A stretch of 64,000 nt of DNA, taken from the NCBI GenBank assembly GCA_977018835.1, contig OZ361260.1, positions 2,790,001 through 2,854,000 of the forward strand. The letters are read 5' to 3'. Of this stretch, positions 1-13,373 are shown piece by piece (the stretch's first letter is position 1; every line of letters starts with the position of its first letter). The translations under genes were made by a program, and so were the position numbers. Origin of the DNA: Minutocellus sp. GHC0000111 (lineage: Eukaryota). Below the pieces are notes generated by a model. It made no database searches, had not been told where the DNA came from, and saw only the letters and a program-made list of their open reading frames with translations.

Positions 1-138
1 ACGGCTGTGAATAGGGCGGCAAATATCGCTCTTGGAGTGGTATCGTGCGTTGTAACAAGTGCGGTTGGGGGGACCGTCAGAGTCGTCTACGTCAACGTGG
101 CTCGAAGGAGAGACGCAAGATTTGAAGACTGGGAGTAG
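1..138 (+). CDS. 3' end of a gene entering from the left (hydrophobic C-terminus, product unknown)
   Basis: Open frame from base 1 (TAVNRAANIALGVVSCVV...FEDWE) to TAG at 136-138, followed by AT-rich intergenic DNA. Confidence 0.4.
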   Translation, partial: TAVNRAANIALGVVSCVVTSAVGGTVRVVYVNVARRRDARFEDWE

Positions 139-423
139 CTACAAACTCTCTTGATATATCCTTACGGAAAACCTTCAAATGAATTGATGGTGTAGATAGG
201 TGATTTGATATATATTACAAATCAGCAAAGAATGTCACTAGTAGGCGAGTTAGGTGATCGTTGGAACGAATCCCATAGGTTATTAGATCTACTACGTAGC
301 TACGTAGATCTAGCTAGTACGTATGTATACCGAGGCGCGTTGCTCAACAAATATTGCTCACTAACATTCTAGTTCTTTCATGCAAAACATTGTACCTCGA
401 AATCAAGCAAATCTTCCAAAGTA

Positions 424-1441
424 CTACGCCATTTCAGCATCCTCTGCCTTTGGCGATGTTGGAGGGGATACAGGGGCGCCAGCCTCCTCAGGCTGCTGGA
501 CTTCCGGAATCTCACGTTCTTCAAATACAGCTCTACCAAACAGAGGGTGCTCCCGTACTCTTCCTTCTTTTTGCAAATTGAACAAGTTCATGCTAGAAGA
601 GAAGATGTAGGCGCTCACGAGCGCCATAAAGATTCCGTTCGGCGAGTGCATGAAGATGAAGCTGATCATACCAAAGAGTAGCAGCCCTCCCGAAAGCACC
701 ATTGCAGTAACCGACACGATGAGCGCAGTCTTCTCCATTCGAACTCCGCGCATAATTAGGAATGCCGCGAGGCATCGACCACCATCAAGAGGATACGCTG
801 GCACAAACAGATTGAATGCCATGATGAACAGATTGGTCCAGAACGCCTGTTGCGATAGGACAGCAAAGAAACTGGCGGCACTGGCCGATAGTTCATCCAG
901 AAAATAGCTCATCGAAAAGCGAGAGAAGTCTCCGCCAGTGAATGCCGCAAACATGGCCACCCAAAAGATCATCTGTGGAATGTGCATCAAAGGACCAGCA
1001 ATAGCAACGCGAAAGTCACCAGAAGCGCCGCAATCGGTCGGGTCGACGAGAGCGAATCCACCCAGCGGCCACAGGACAATACCGCCGACATCACCACCCA
1101 ACCTTTTGATCATCCACGCATGGCCCAGCTCGTGAAGGACGATCGTCAGAAGCAGAAGCGGGCCGTACAGCGTCAGCATGAACAAACTAAAGGCCGCATC
1201 CAGATACCTCGCACTCGCTGCCAGCACAATCAGCAACAAGAGGAAGTAGGAGTAGTGCAAGGCGATGGGAATGCCGCAGCTGCACAGCATAGTGTCGCGT
1301 AAAGTGGGTTATGTGATTGAGAAATATTAGTTGATGGATTGGAAGGCATAAATCGCATTCAAATCGTATTGCGGATACTCACCAACAGCTGCCAATTTTG
1401 AGAGAGGACCGATCCTCGGTAAGAAGGGAACGCATCACCAT
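424..1441 (-). CDS. Site-2 protease / peptidase family M50 membrane metalloprotease (exons 1441-1383, 1279-424)
   Basis: HELGH zinc motif, AGP and NLFVPAYPLDGG motifs, multiple TM segments. A GT-AG intron at 1382-1280 joins MVMRSLL...IGSC in frame. Confidence 0.9.
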
Positions 1442-1636
1442 GGTGAGAAAGACTTGGTTGGTGAGATGAAATGCAGGTGTGAGCGCTGATCAAACCGGTC
1501 AGGGCATGCCTTACCGCTGGGAATGGAGCGAGCAAGTCGTGCCGTCGTGCCGTGAACCAATGAACACGAATGCAACTCTGGGGGAAATCTGGGGGAAATC
1601 CCCGCCCTAAAACCCCCTCTAATTTGTCACTGTTGA

Positions 1637-4147
<2,511 letters not shown>

Positions 4148-4695
4148 AAATGCGTCTGCATTGAGAGCCAGTTTCCTTGCGCTTGGCCGATAGTACTCTA
4201 TCTTCTGCACTTGTTGAAAAAAAAAATTTAAGCGTCGAATTTGTTTGTTACTTGCGTACCGGTACAAGTTTTCCTAAAACCGTCTCCTCTTCTACTACTT
4301 CGTATGTATTCAGCATGTATTTCCAATTTAGATTAATTCTCGGCATGACCTTGTATTGTGATGAAAACCGTTGCCGAGGTTCTTGATTCCCGTGGTAGCC
4401 TCTAATACCAGGTAGAGCATATCCATGTTGTGTAATAGAGGGATTCAGGAGAAATAAAAATCTCTAAATTGTTTTACGAAATCTATAACATACATAGCTA
4501 ATTGTGCATCGGAAATCAATTCAAAAAGGGAAAATCTCTAGCTAGACTAGGCCAGGGGCTCTGACTAGGCACGCAAAAGTGAAAGATATGTACAACTTTT
4601 GCAGCGCCTGGTAAATTTACAAAAATACCGAGCGAGAATCAAACGAGAAGTTTGGAATCACAAAATTTATTCAAAAAGAGGTAGCGTTCTGTTTT

Positions 4696-5643
4696 TCATA
4701 CGCTACTTCGCCTTGATGAAGGGTAGGGTGGAGTGGTAGAAAACTGGTTCGAAAACGAGGATGATAGGCTGAGAGAGCTTCGGAGATACTCTTTTTCCTT
4801 GGCGCGCTCATCCTTGATTTCCTTACTGACAAGACGCTTTGCCTTTCTTCCTGCACTTGTCAGCGCATCTTCAATGTGCTGGACGGGTAAAAAGTATCTG
4901 GTGACGGAACGCTCCATCTTGATCTTGTTGATCCGTTTCTTGGAACGCTTGAGCTCCTCCTCTGTATGTCCGTAACGAGATAGGATGTCTTTCCGTTGGT
5001 AGTAGTTCTGCATAATTCCTCTTGCGCTACGCCGAGGAGGTCGTCCTGCTTCGTAGGCTTCGAAGTCAAGCTTGATCTCGTCGTTATAGTCCCAGTCCAG
5101 TGATAGTGGAGGACCATACGACACATTGGGATGATCTCCGAGAGTCTGAGAATATTCTCGAATACCGACGCTAGCAAAGGAAACGTTGCGACGAAGTCTG
5201 GGTTTGTTGGCGGAGCTAGACGGTCCTCCTTGGTGAGCTGGTGCAGATGTGCTGCTGTCATCGGTGCCATACGAAGAGAGAGTTCGCAGAATGGATCTTG
5301 CTGGGGAGCATCGGAGGAGCTGGGACGGAAGCGTGCTTTGGCTCGATGCCGTGTCGTCGTCGGAATTTTTAGATTCATCACAAGAGCTGCTCTTGCTGAT
5401 CTTCGGAGCAATCGTCGGCCAGAGGCAACCGTCAACTTCGGTCTCGTCTTCGGTGTCAGAGCAATCGTCGCTCTGGACCAGCAGTGGAAAGGGCATTTTA
5501 TCCTCGACCGTGACAGCTTTCTTCTCGCCACCAAGGGCTGTTCTCTCGACAGCACGCTTCTCTGTGCTCAGCGTGGTAGACCTACTCGCCGCGTCGTCGA
5601 GACTTCCACAGCTCGTTGTGGTGATCGCCTTCGAAGAGAGCAT
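4696..5643 (-). CDS. Uncharacterised Ser-rich protein with VSF..IREY..LGD.P..GPPLSLDW motif
   Basis: 315-aa ORF with a conserved-looking core RRNVSFASVGIREYSQTLGDHPNVSYGPPLSLDWDY. Confidence 0.7.
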   Translation of the reverse strand: MLSSKAITTTSCGSLDDAASRSTTLSTEKRAVERTALGGEKKAVTVEDKMPFPLLVQSDDCSDTEDETEVDGCLWPTIAPKISKSSSCDESKNSDDDTASSQSTLPSQLLRCSPARSILRTLSSYGTDDSSTSAPAHQGGPSSSANKPRLRRNVSFASVGIREYSQTLGDHPNVSYGPPLSLDWDYNDEIKLDFEAYEAGRPPRRSARGIMQNYYQRKDILSRYGHTEEELKRSKKRINKIKMERSVTRYFLPVQHIEDALTSAGRKAKRLVSKEIKDERAKEKEYLRSSLSLSSSFSNQFSTTPPYPSSRRSSV

Positions 5644-5996
5644 TTCTTGTGCATGTATCTGCTGGTTCGCAGCACCGATATGTGGAAGATATCAACCTCA
5701 AGAAAGCATGGAGTGAGTGATGCCGGTGTCCGGAATGTTTCATGTTCTTGTCAGCTTTCTTCCCTTGGCCACTGAGGAAGTTTGCTCTTGTGCGTGAAAA
5801 AGGAAGTTGCGACATGACGTGGACTTTTTGACGGTGACGATTGTGACAGAAAAAAGTTTGTGCGGAAATAAATTTCAAGGCAATGTTTTGCGCCGTTCAG
5901 TGAGCGCTCCCCCTCTTACGTGTAGAATCTTGCATAAACTACATGTGTATAGACCAAGGTTTAGGTGGTCTAGAGCTACATAGACTCTAGCTAGAT

Positions 5997-8900
5997 CTAC
6001 TCTGCCGTGCATATTTCGGAATGGAGGAGGCTTGCGACTTCCGTGCACCATCGGTCAAAGTTTTCCTTGGATAAGCTCGTCAGTGAATCTTCTATCAATG
6101 CATCCTGCAGATGTAAAACGGCCTCATTCACCAGCAACCCTGGATCAGCACCGGTGCTATTGCTATCTCCAAGACAGCAAAGGACAGGAGGCGGGACTCT
6201 GTAGCTTTGAATGGTCTCTTCAACAGCCTGGCGAAAAGCGTTGCCTATCTTTTTCTTTCCCGGTGTATTTCCCCGGGCGACACCACTGCCATCGATGCTT
6301 TCCACAATGTCACTGCAGCTGCAAACCATAATTTGTCGTGGGGAATCTAATAAAAGGATTGGGACGATGGCTGTTCCCTGGGCATCGTCATTCAAGTCGG
6401 CATGGGCCAATCGTACTGCTTCCATATTCATATTTAGATTTTCAAACCAGCGGTTCCTTGGACTTATCAGAGCTGTCCTCCGACCATACCTCGAGTCTGG
6501 GTGCGATCGATCTTGCAAGCGCTCCAGGTGTCATGTTTGCCATATTCGCAGCAGCAGCAGTGCGAGCATCATGCGTTGGATAAAACGACGACTCAACGTC
6601 ATTTGGACGTAGAGCATCGCATTGCAATAACGAAAACACCAACAAGGGCAAAGACGAGAGACGATCGTGTCCCTGCGCCAAAAGAATATCACGATCAGTT
6701 AGCTCCCCTCCTTTGTGCCCAACTAGCCTCTCAGATGGATAAAAACACTTACGAGATCGAGTTATTCCATGCTCCTTTTCAATCTTGATCCTTTCATGGT
6801 AGGCTTCAGCCGAACGGTAGGCGCAAAGCAATGTTGAAAGAAGCCAATCCTGGGCAACATGGTGAGCTTCCTCCAGGCCATCTTGCATAGCGGAAAGTGA
6901 AAGCTTATGAAACAAAACAACGGCTAATGCCTCCGCATCTACAGACGCCAAGACATCTTCGGTCTCCTCCGAAATTTTCATATTTGTGCTCAGCACTCGG
7001 AGCCGTCTGACAGTCAGCCACTCATCGCCTGACGGAACGATACTGGTGTAAGCAAAACAGCTCTGGATGCAGGGAGGTAAGTCTATTTCACCTCGATCTT
7101 CGACGTAAATTTTCCCGCTCACTTTTCCACCTTTGGAAACAATGTCCGCGTCAAACATAAATGTAGCCAATCCATCGCATGAGCCGGCAATCACCAAATC
7201 TTTCTCATTGCCAGGAGAAAGAGATCCAAAGAATCCATTATTCTTGAACAGTGTCGCAAGAGCGGGGTCAACAAAACCATCCGCCTCTTTCTGTTGGGCC
7301 TCGTGCATTTGTTCTACGAGAGAAGTATCGATACTCATTGAGGGGGTCATTCGTAACCTCAACAATGTTCCAAAGGCAACTGGTCTTCCCCACGGAGATC
7401 TAGCTGCTACTTCCCGTAGAAGCCCTCGAACAGTCCCACCTACTGAGTTGTCCCAGCCACCCTGTTCTGACAATGAAAAAGTATTGAAATTACCAATGTC
7501 AACCAAAAGAGGGCCGGAGCCACCAGAACGATCCGATAACAACCGCAGATGCGCGATACCAAAGCCAGAACTTGCTCCCTGCTTCGACAACGGCGTTTCA
7601 AGGTTGGCAAGGGCAAATACTTCGACACCGAGCGCTGCTTCTGCACATCGGATTCCAACACCATTGTAATAGAAGCCGGCATCGCGCATGGTTTTGGATT
7701 TTTTTCTTTGTCTTCTTTGAGCATCGCCATTTGTAGATTTTTTGGTTAGGTCGCTATGCAAATTCAATTGAATACCATTTGTGAGATTTGATCTGCCCGC
7801 TTCAGGGTCAAATTCATCGTTACCTGCTTCATAGTCTTTGTTTTGATCAGCTTGGTATTCATCACGTACGACACTTCCGGTGGGAAAGCGCCTGCCGATT
7901 TCGGCGCAAGATCCACCAAAGCCTCCAGTTCCTATTGTTCCCGCACTATCCATAATCTGAGAGTCAATCTCCGATGGTGCTCCCGAAAGAAAGCACATAA
8001 CTTTCCCTCCTGCATACCGAAAGGTACCTGTGTTTTCATTGTCATCTTCATTCCCAATGAAGTCATATCCATTGCCAATGTTAATTGCCCAATCCTCCAT
8101 CATCCTCGCTGTAATTGGCCGCCCATCTCGCTCGGTCTTCTCAAGTAGATCTGGATGGAAGGCTCTTGAATCGCATAGATAATCCAATATTGCCTGCAAT
8201 GACGCACCGAGATACATGCCATTGCGCCCATTATTTCTAATTTGGCTTTGGTGTCCGCCATCGTGATGACAAGCCCCGCCAATGACAGTGGTCATATCTC
8301 CCAATGCTCGGATGGCGGCTTCCACGTGCGACTTGTGATAGGAACACAGAGGAACAATGACATCGTGCAGATCCGCCACATCCACGAGTGGCACAAGATT
8401 GTTTGCGATGGCGCGGTGCCCTCTACTGGGACACGGCAATGCTTCAGATGGGGCACACTTCCACTCAAATCAAAAACACTCATGGAACCATTTTCGGTGG
8501 CAAGGAACAGTCCCACCCGTGCATAGTCGGGGGCGTCCTCAATGGCTCTGTACAAACACTGACACACGGCATCATAATATGCCTGATCGTATGACGTGCC
8601 GTCAATGAGAAAGAGGAGTATCGGCGGGCAAAGTCGAGCGGGCACGGCATATGGCGGCACAGCTTCCAGAGGAGACGATGCGGAGTCCGGAGTTATGCCA
8701 TCGACCCCAACATCATCTCCTCCTATCGTAGGAACGACCGGCAGAGAAAGCTCGTATGCGTGCCGCCGTGTTGCAGGATCCATCCCAGCACCACCACCAC
8801 TGCCACCAGTACCGTCATTGTCAACCTCTCCATTCAAATAGCTCTGGCGCCAGCCTCGAAGGCCGCCGTCTCCGCCAGCACGCTCCATTCCCATGACCCT

Positions 8901-9344
8901 CCGCCGTCTTTGGTGGTAGGCCTCTCTCATTAAAATGTCGGCATCCTCGGCAGCAGCAGGATCACCGCCGGTGGTTCCGCTCCCATTCCAATCGGCCCGT
9001 CGCCGTGCACGGTGCTGAGAGTCCGCGTCGGCACCGTAGGTTTTGCCACACAAACCGCACAGATATTGCTGAGACCGAACGTCAACGCACGGGGTGCACG
9101 GATTGGCCGGCGAGCCGCAGTGCGTGCACTTGGCCACGAGGGTGGCCGGTACCGGCAGGGACTGGGTGGGTGGGGGTGAGGCCGTGGACGACGCTTCCCT
9201 GGGTGTGCCATTTTGATGGGCAGGCGAGGAGAGCTCGGTACGAGGTCCGAACGGTGTAATGACGAACGATAGTGGTAGGGACGTATCTTCCAACACATCC
9301 GTCGACGCTGGAGCGATCTGCGTTACTGGACGGAGAATCGTCAT
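5997..9344 (-). pseudogene. Sec23/Sec24-family COPII coat protein, interrupted by two frameshifts (~8412 and ~6444)
   Basis: Zinc finger CTHC...CGLC, trunk PPILLFLID, RRLRV beta-sandwich and helical domain are spread over three overlapping ORFs (8292-9344, 6442-8439, 5997-6518), with no intron signals at the joins. Confidence 0.75.
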
Positions 9345-9670
9345 TCGCCCAATCTGTACCGGTCGTGCCGGTGCCGGTCGTTCTTATGTTGTTATGCTAT
9401 GTTGCTATGTTGTGTGTCGGCGTCGCCGTCGCGTTGTCGCGTTGCGATTTCCAGCTTTTGCTCTGTCCGTCGCTCGACGAAAAACGGCCAACAGCGAGCA
9501 CCAACGATCAACGAATGCATAATAACCGAATATCGTAAATAATCTCTGGAGGCCGTGGGGAGGCACTCACCATAAAGAGTTCGCTGCTACGTAGCGATAA
9601 ATGGGGACTTTGTCGGAGGAGTGCTGATTCGACGTACCACCCGCTCTCGCTCAATCCCCAACAAGAAGTC

Positions 9671-10777
9671 ATGTCAAGTGTGGAACAAATGCACAGAGAA
9701 GCATCGACCCCGTCGAATGCGGAACCATGTCCACCCGAGCAGGACACCAACAGCAACCTCTACGGGATGCTGGAGAATGCCCTCCGGAATCAGATGGAGG
9801 TGCTCCGCAGCAATCGGCTGGAAGGGGCGAAGCAATCTCCTCGAGCTGCCGAGGACGACAATGACGACGGGTTGGACAACGAGCTGTCGCACCTCGAGGA
9901 GGCCGAGCGGGCCATGAGGGACGAGCTGGCGGCGGCCGTAATGGAGTTTGGTCTGTCATTGCCAAAGTCTCCGACGGCTGCAGCTGGCAATGATATTGAT
10001 ACGATTGCTCATAATCATGTTCCAGGGGAGGGAACGACCGACAATGACAACTTTCCCGGCGAAATCGATCAAAAGCCGCTGAGTACCGGCATGCCAGAGT
10101 CACAGCATGACCGCCAACAACAACAGATAGACCTCTCTGATAGCATCTGCTATGGTGACAGCACAAGCAGTCCAGAAAAGATATCGAATGTGAGCATTGG
10201 TGATACCAACCCGCGGAGTCAGGCCGACATCATCGACGAGCGTGAATTATATGCTGCTCTGACAGATCTGTGCCAATGGATTCGCGAGGGAGATTCATTG
10301 CAGCTACAGCTGCAGCAGTCCCGGGATGAGAAGCGTCAAACTACTAGTACCAGCTCACCCTACCGACGACGGCAACAACAGTACTCGCCGGTCAGAGATG
10401 GGGGAACAATGAGACGCTCGGTAGCGAGTCCACAGAGGTATAATGGCACTCCGTCAGATGCACAAAGGAGGAGGTCGACTACTACGAGACAGCGCAGGCC
10501 TCCCAACCTAAGAGAACTGGAGAAGAACTTGCCCGTCGATGAGCTTTGCCGTTGGTTGAATGAGGGCACAACCCCCAAATGTGCCAATACGAGTGCGGTG
10601 TCAAATGTTCAAAGGGAAAGAACAACGGGCACTTGTAATGGTAACCAAATGGAAACGGAGACCCCGTACACCTTCCATGTTCCGAGTGTGACTGGCACGT
10701 CTTCGCTGCTGGTACTTGGAAGCAATAACATCCGCCCACCACAAGGTAGATCGCCTCTGCGAAAGACGCATTGCTGA
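9671..10777 (+). CDS. Hypothetical protein (low complexity / coiled coil); the true C-terminus may be frameshifted near 10690
   Basis: 368-aa ORF divergent from the Sec23/24-like gene. Confidence 0.55.
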   Translation: MSSVEQMHREASTPSNAEPCPPEQDTNSNLYGMLENALRNQMEVLRSNRLEGAKQSPRAAEDDNDDGLDNELSHLEEAERAMRDELAAAVMEFGLSLPKSPTAAAGNDIDTIAHNHVPGEGTTDNDNFPGEIDQKPLSTGMPESQHDRQQQQIDLSDSICYGDSTSSPEKISNVSIGDTNPRSQADIIDERELYAALTDLCQWIREGDSLQLQLQQSRDEKRQTTSTSSPYRRRQQQYSPVRDGGTMRRSVASPQRYNGTPSDAQRRRSTTTRQRRPPNLRELEKNLPVDELCRWLNEGTTPKCANTSAVSNVQRERTTGTCNGNQMETETPYTFHVPSVTGTSSLLVLGSNNIRPPQGRSPLRKTHC

Positions 10778-11126
10778 ATGGGAGAATTGTTTGATGTGTG
10801 AGTAAATTTGCTGAGCTATCGTATTTGTTTGTTTTCGAGGTACCATGATGATTTATCGCATTTTTGGTTACTTCTGTCTGATTCATCCGTCAGATGGTGA
10901 AGAGAGATTCTTTGCGCTTTATTAAATAAAGATTTGAATGAATGGTGCTACAATGCTGTTTCATGTATCGTTGCTATTTCCCTATTTCCTTTGCTCACTC
11001 ACACCCACTTTGTAAATTCATTTTCACAACCACAGGCTTGACGATACGAGTTAGTGTATTTGGAACTGATTTAGAATATGTGTGTAAAAAATAGAATAGA
11101 CATGAGGGCAAATTTGAATCAGCTGC

Positions 11127-11942
11127 TTAGAGATCGGTTATTGCCTCTGCCAGTGCCTTGCTAACTCTATGCATTGGCAATCCCATAACTGTGAAGAAAT
11201 CGCCCTCCATTCCCGCCACGAGCTGGCCTCCGATTCCCTGGATTCCGTAGCTTCCAGCCTTATCCAGTGGCTCCTTCGTGTTAACGTACGCTTCGATGTC
11301 TTCCTGCGAAAGACCAGCAAATTCTACGTTGGCAGTGTCAGTGAAGGAAGAAACCAAAGTTACATCGGTTGATTTGCATACCTTGTACAGCGCCACACCC
11401 GTATGTACCCGATGCCAATTCCCAGACAAGGATTGCAGCATCCTGATCGCGTCAGCTTCATCAACAGGCTTATTTAATACGTGCCCATTCAAGTCAACGA
11501 TGGTATCAGAGCCTAGAATAAATGTAGTCAACTCGGACATGTCGTCGCTGGACTTCTTCAGATGCAAGCCCAGCGCCTCTGCCTTGCGTTCGGCCAAAAT
11601 CTTCGCATAGTCCTCAGGAGAGACGGTCTGTGTCGCCAACTCAACCTGAAGCGCCTCCTCATCCAAGGGCGATGGCGTCTGAGTGAAACGGCCAGACAGA
11701 CCCATCATATCAAGAATTTCGACACGGCGAGGCGACTGTGAGGCCAAGATGAGACTTGCATCGGTTCCAATTCTGTTGAGGCTGCCTATGAGGAGCGTCG
11801 TCATGTTATCGTCTGACGTAGAGGCCAATGGAAAAGAAGACGAGGCACAGCCACGGGCGGAAGGAGAAAATGCTTCAGTGTGTCCAACAATCGCTACAGC
11901 GAGGAATAAGGAGAGGGGCGATAGACGCAGGTACGAGGACAT
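11127..11942 (-). CDS. maf: Maf/YhdE-family nucleoside triphosphate pyrophosphatase, plastid-targeted
   Basis: LILASQSPRR, GSDTIV, KP, H.VHTGV and DKAGSYGIQG motifs; signal peptide followed by EAFSP. Confidence 0.9.
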   Translation of the reverse strand: MSSYLRLSPLSLFLAVAIVGHTEAFSPSARGCASSSFPLASTSDDNMTTLLIGSLNRIGTDASLILASQSPRRVEILDMMGLSGRFTQTPSPLDEEALQVELATQTVSPEDYAKILAERKAEALGLHLKKSSDDMSELTTFILGSDTIVDLNGHVLNKPVDEADAIRMLQSLSGNWHRVHTGVALYKVCKSTDVTLVSSFTDTANVEFAGLSQEDIEAYVNTKEPLDKAGSYGIQGIGGQLVAGMEGDFFTVMGLPMHRVSKALAEAITDL

Positions 11943-12815
11943 GGTGCCGACGATTTGGCAGCAATTGGCAATGGGTGGCGCCGCGCCGGCGAGGTAGGTT
12001 GGGTTGTCATGCCGGCGACCTCGATGGGCTGGCCAGCTTCGAAGCTGGCCAAGCAGTCAGTCATGCGCGCGCGCCCGCGCGCCGTGTGGCTCAGTCGTCG
12101 CGTCAGAACTACGTCGCGGAAAGGCCGTACAATACACAAAGGCGATTCATTTGGGAGAGTCAAGATGAGAGAGGCAGGCGTCCTCCTCGAAAAGTTGATA
12201 AATGACGACATGATTGATTATTGACCACTCTACAGCTCGCTAGCTACTACTACGTAGTAAAGTGTAGACGTCCAAAATATGCAGATGCCTGTCGTTTTCA
12301 TTCATACACACACCATCCATCCAACCACGATGATGTGTGTGAACACACCGCCGCCACAATCACACACACAACACCAGTCATCTCTTCTCGTGATTTCCGT
12401 GAGGTTTTCCTACTCACAACTGGCCTATGAACGCAAATAAGCTCAGGACACTTTTTCGATTCTTGCGCCATCATGCAAAAGCAATTGTGGATGATGGGTA
12501 AGCTCCAAAATGGTTTCGACCCGTTGAATCGACCAACGACTACCGGTGCGCTGGCTCCTGGCTCTAGAACTTTTGCACGGCACCGATCGATTCAGTTGCA
12601 ACCCATTCCATTCGTTAGCTAACTCCTCGACGTTTTCAATGTTGTTGAAAGGACCATTCCGTGTGCATAATTGTTACATGTCATTCATTCATTTGAAACA
12701 GAAAACAAGTCTCTCTGAACACATGTGCCGGTAGAGCTTGGGCTCTTGTCAGTTTGCGACATCCGTCTGCCCAGAACTGAACTGGTGAAATGTAATGATA
12801 AAATTTTCTTAGTCC

Positions 12816-13247
12816 TCATCCATTGGTCGCATTGAGCAACTTCTTCTTGAGATCCTCATTTTCCTTTCGTATTCTCTCCAATTCTTCCGCAATCCCCGCC
12901 GGTGCCCCCTCCTGCTGCCCAGCTTGTGTTGCCTCAATGGCCGACGAACTTCCCACCGCGCCGTCGCGAGCAGCACCCTTCACCTTCTGAGAAACAGTCC
13001 CACGAAGATGATCCCTCTCGGTTTTGAGTCTATGAATTGTGTCGAGTTCATCGGCGTTGAATGTGGAGACGCCTGGGGTTACCATGCGTTTGTTGCCAAG
13101 GAGCCCGAGATCTGACGCTTGTGCCAGCAATTGAAGAAGGCCAAATATTGCGAGGCATATCGACACAGCCTGGGCGAGGGTCTGTATCATGCGACGACCC
13201 GCCGCTGGTCCAGCGGTGGCGCCTCTCCTATCGGAGATGGTGCCCAT
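12816..13247 (-). CDS. Hypothetical type-II membrane protein (TM plus coiled coil), possibly truncated
   Basis: 143-aa ORF with an N-terminal TM helix and a coiled coil, ending abruptly at an intron-like sequence. Confidence 0.45.
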   Translation of the reverse strand: MGTISDRRGATAGPAAGRRMIQTLAQAVSICLAIFGLLQLLAQASDLGLLGNKRMVTPGVSTFNADELDTIHRLKTERDHLRGTVSQKVKGAARDGAVGSSSAIEATQAGQQEGAPAGIAEELERIRKENEDLKKKLLNATNG

Positions 13248-13373
13248 GGCGCGCGTAGTGAATGCGAAGCAATATGATATGAAGCGAAGCGAATTCTAGA
13301 ATGGGGGGTTACGTCACCAAGAAACCATAGAAAAACCATACCTCCGCTCCACCACACCACAAAAAAAAAACGA

